This document shows positions 63,069 through 64,000 of a stretch of DNA of 64,000 bases, in pieces. Made by a program: the position numbers and the translations under genes. Within the stretch, counting starts at the first letter, position 1, and each line of letters begins with the position of its first letter. Below the pieces are notes generated by a model. That model saw nothing but the letters and a program-made list of their open reading frames with translations. It was not told the DNA's origin and made no database searches. Source of the DNA: Camelus ferus (taxonomy: Eukaryota); contig NC_045697.1 in NCBI RefSeq assembly GCF_009834535.1, forward strand, positions 63,304,001 through 63,368,000. Direction: 5' to 3'.

Positions 63069-64000
63069 AGTTGTTTTTTTTCCCCTAAAATGACACTTTC
63101 ATATAAACGATCTATTTTGAAAGAGACCATGAGCAAATGCATAGTTTATTCATCAACAATAGACTTTTTATAGTTAGTTCCTTAAACAGACAGTTTTATT
63201 AGGTTCTGGGAAGCCAGTTCATTAATACAGGTTCATACCTTTGTGCCTGTCTTTGAAGTCTTCAAAGCTAAGATTTAATTTGCCATAAATGACCTGGCCC
63301 TTTTTGAAATGAGGTTTAAATGACAATAAGTTTCCCAAAGTAAGGCTTCTTAAAACATAGCATTATTTTCTGCAAATTTACTTATGAAGCTTTGGAAGGC
63401 AGTTGTATGCATATGCATTTATTATGCTGGACAAATAGAGATTACTTTTGCTTTTCACTCCTTGGAAATCTACTTCAGAAATCATAGCCACATTATAAAA
63501 TGCAAATCACTGAGATCCCTTATGGCCACAGATACTCACTGTAAGGAAAGGTGTCAGTGCACTAAATAAGTAGTTCCTATGACAGATAATAGCATCAATC
63601 CTTTGTAACTGGCATGATTTTGTATTTTGTTAGTCATTTGGGCCATTATATTGGGAAGTTTCCAAGTGATTTGAAGAATAAATGTGGGTGGGAAGAAAAT
63701 TTCTCACTATTAAAATGATAGGGCCAGTTATAACCAAATGAGAAAAAAAATCAGGAAAATACTTTCATTTTTTCTTCCTGGTAAGGAAAAATTCTTTAAT
63801 CACTCTATGGTTTATGTCAAGATATATATTTTCCCATTAAGCTTGTCTGTCATACTAAAAATAGAATTGCAGCAGAACTTTTGAAGTAGCTTGCTAGAAA
63901 ATTCCTTTCACACAAGGGATCCGAGTGACAAAAATGCAGAGCCAATTTACCATAGTAGTTTAAGTCAAATGTTTTATTTTTATTTTTTTTAAAATTTTAT

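Noticed and set aside
1..64000. The short ORFs (60-125 aa) in the supplied track as genes
   Set aside because: Lengths and composition fit chance ORFs in AT-rich mammalian DNA. Many begin at TTG/GTG, and the only recognisable translations are L1 ORF2p remnants.
1..64000. CRISPR arrays, operons, defence systems or other prokaryotic features
   Set aside because: The sequence is unambiguously mammalian (MIR, L2, MaLR, L1); there is no repeat-spacer array or dense coding structure.

Overview
This is AT-rich, CpG-depleted eutherian mammal DNA with no recognisable protein-coding gene, RNA gene or CRISPR array. A tRNA-derived SINE of the Vic-1 type, a Tigger2a_Art-like element and an L1_Art-like element point to a cetartiodactyl, most likely a camelid (alpaca, llama or camel). 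The window is dominated by transposon fossils: ERVL/MaLR/ERV1 solo LTRs, L1, L2, MIR and hAT/Tigger DNA elements. Several are nested and some retain target-site duplications (TSDs). LTRs and L1s lie overwhelmingly on the minus strand, which suggests an intron-rich stretch of a plus-strand transcription unit. A few splice-competent exon-like segments exist, but none could be assigned to a known protein. Repeat family names are recalled from consensus sequences, not from a search, and boundaries of old elements are approximate. I found no convincing new biological system; the best leads are the orientation bias, the candidate exons and the lineage-specific LTRs.
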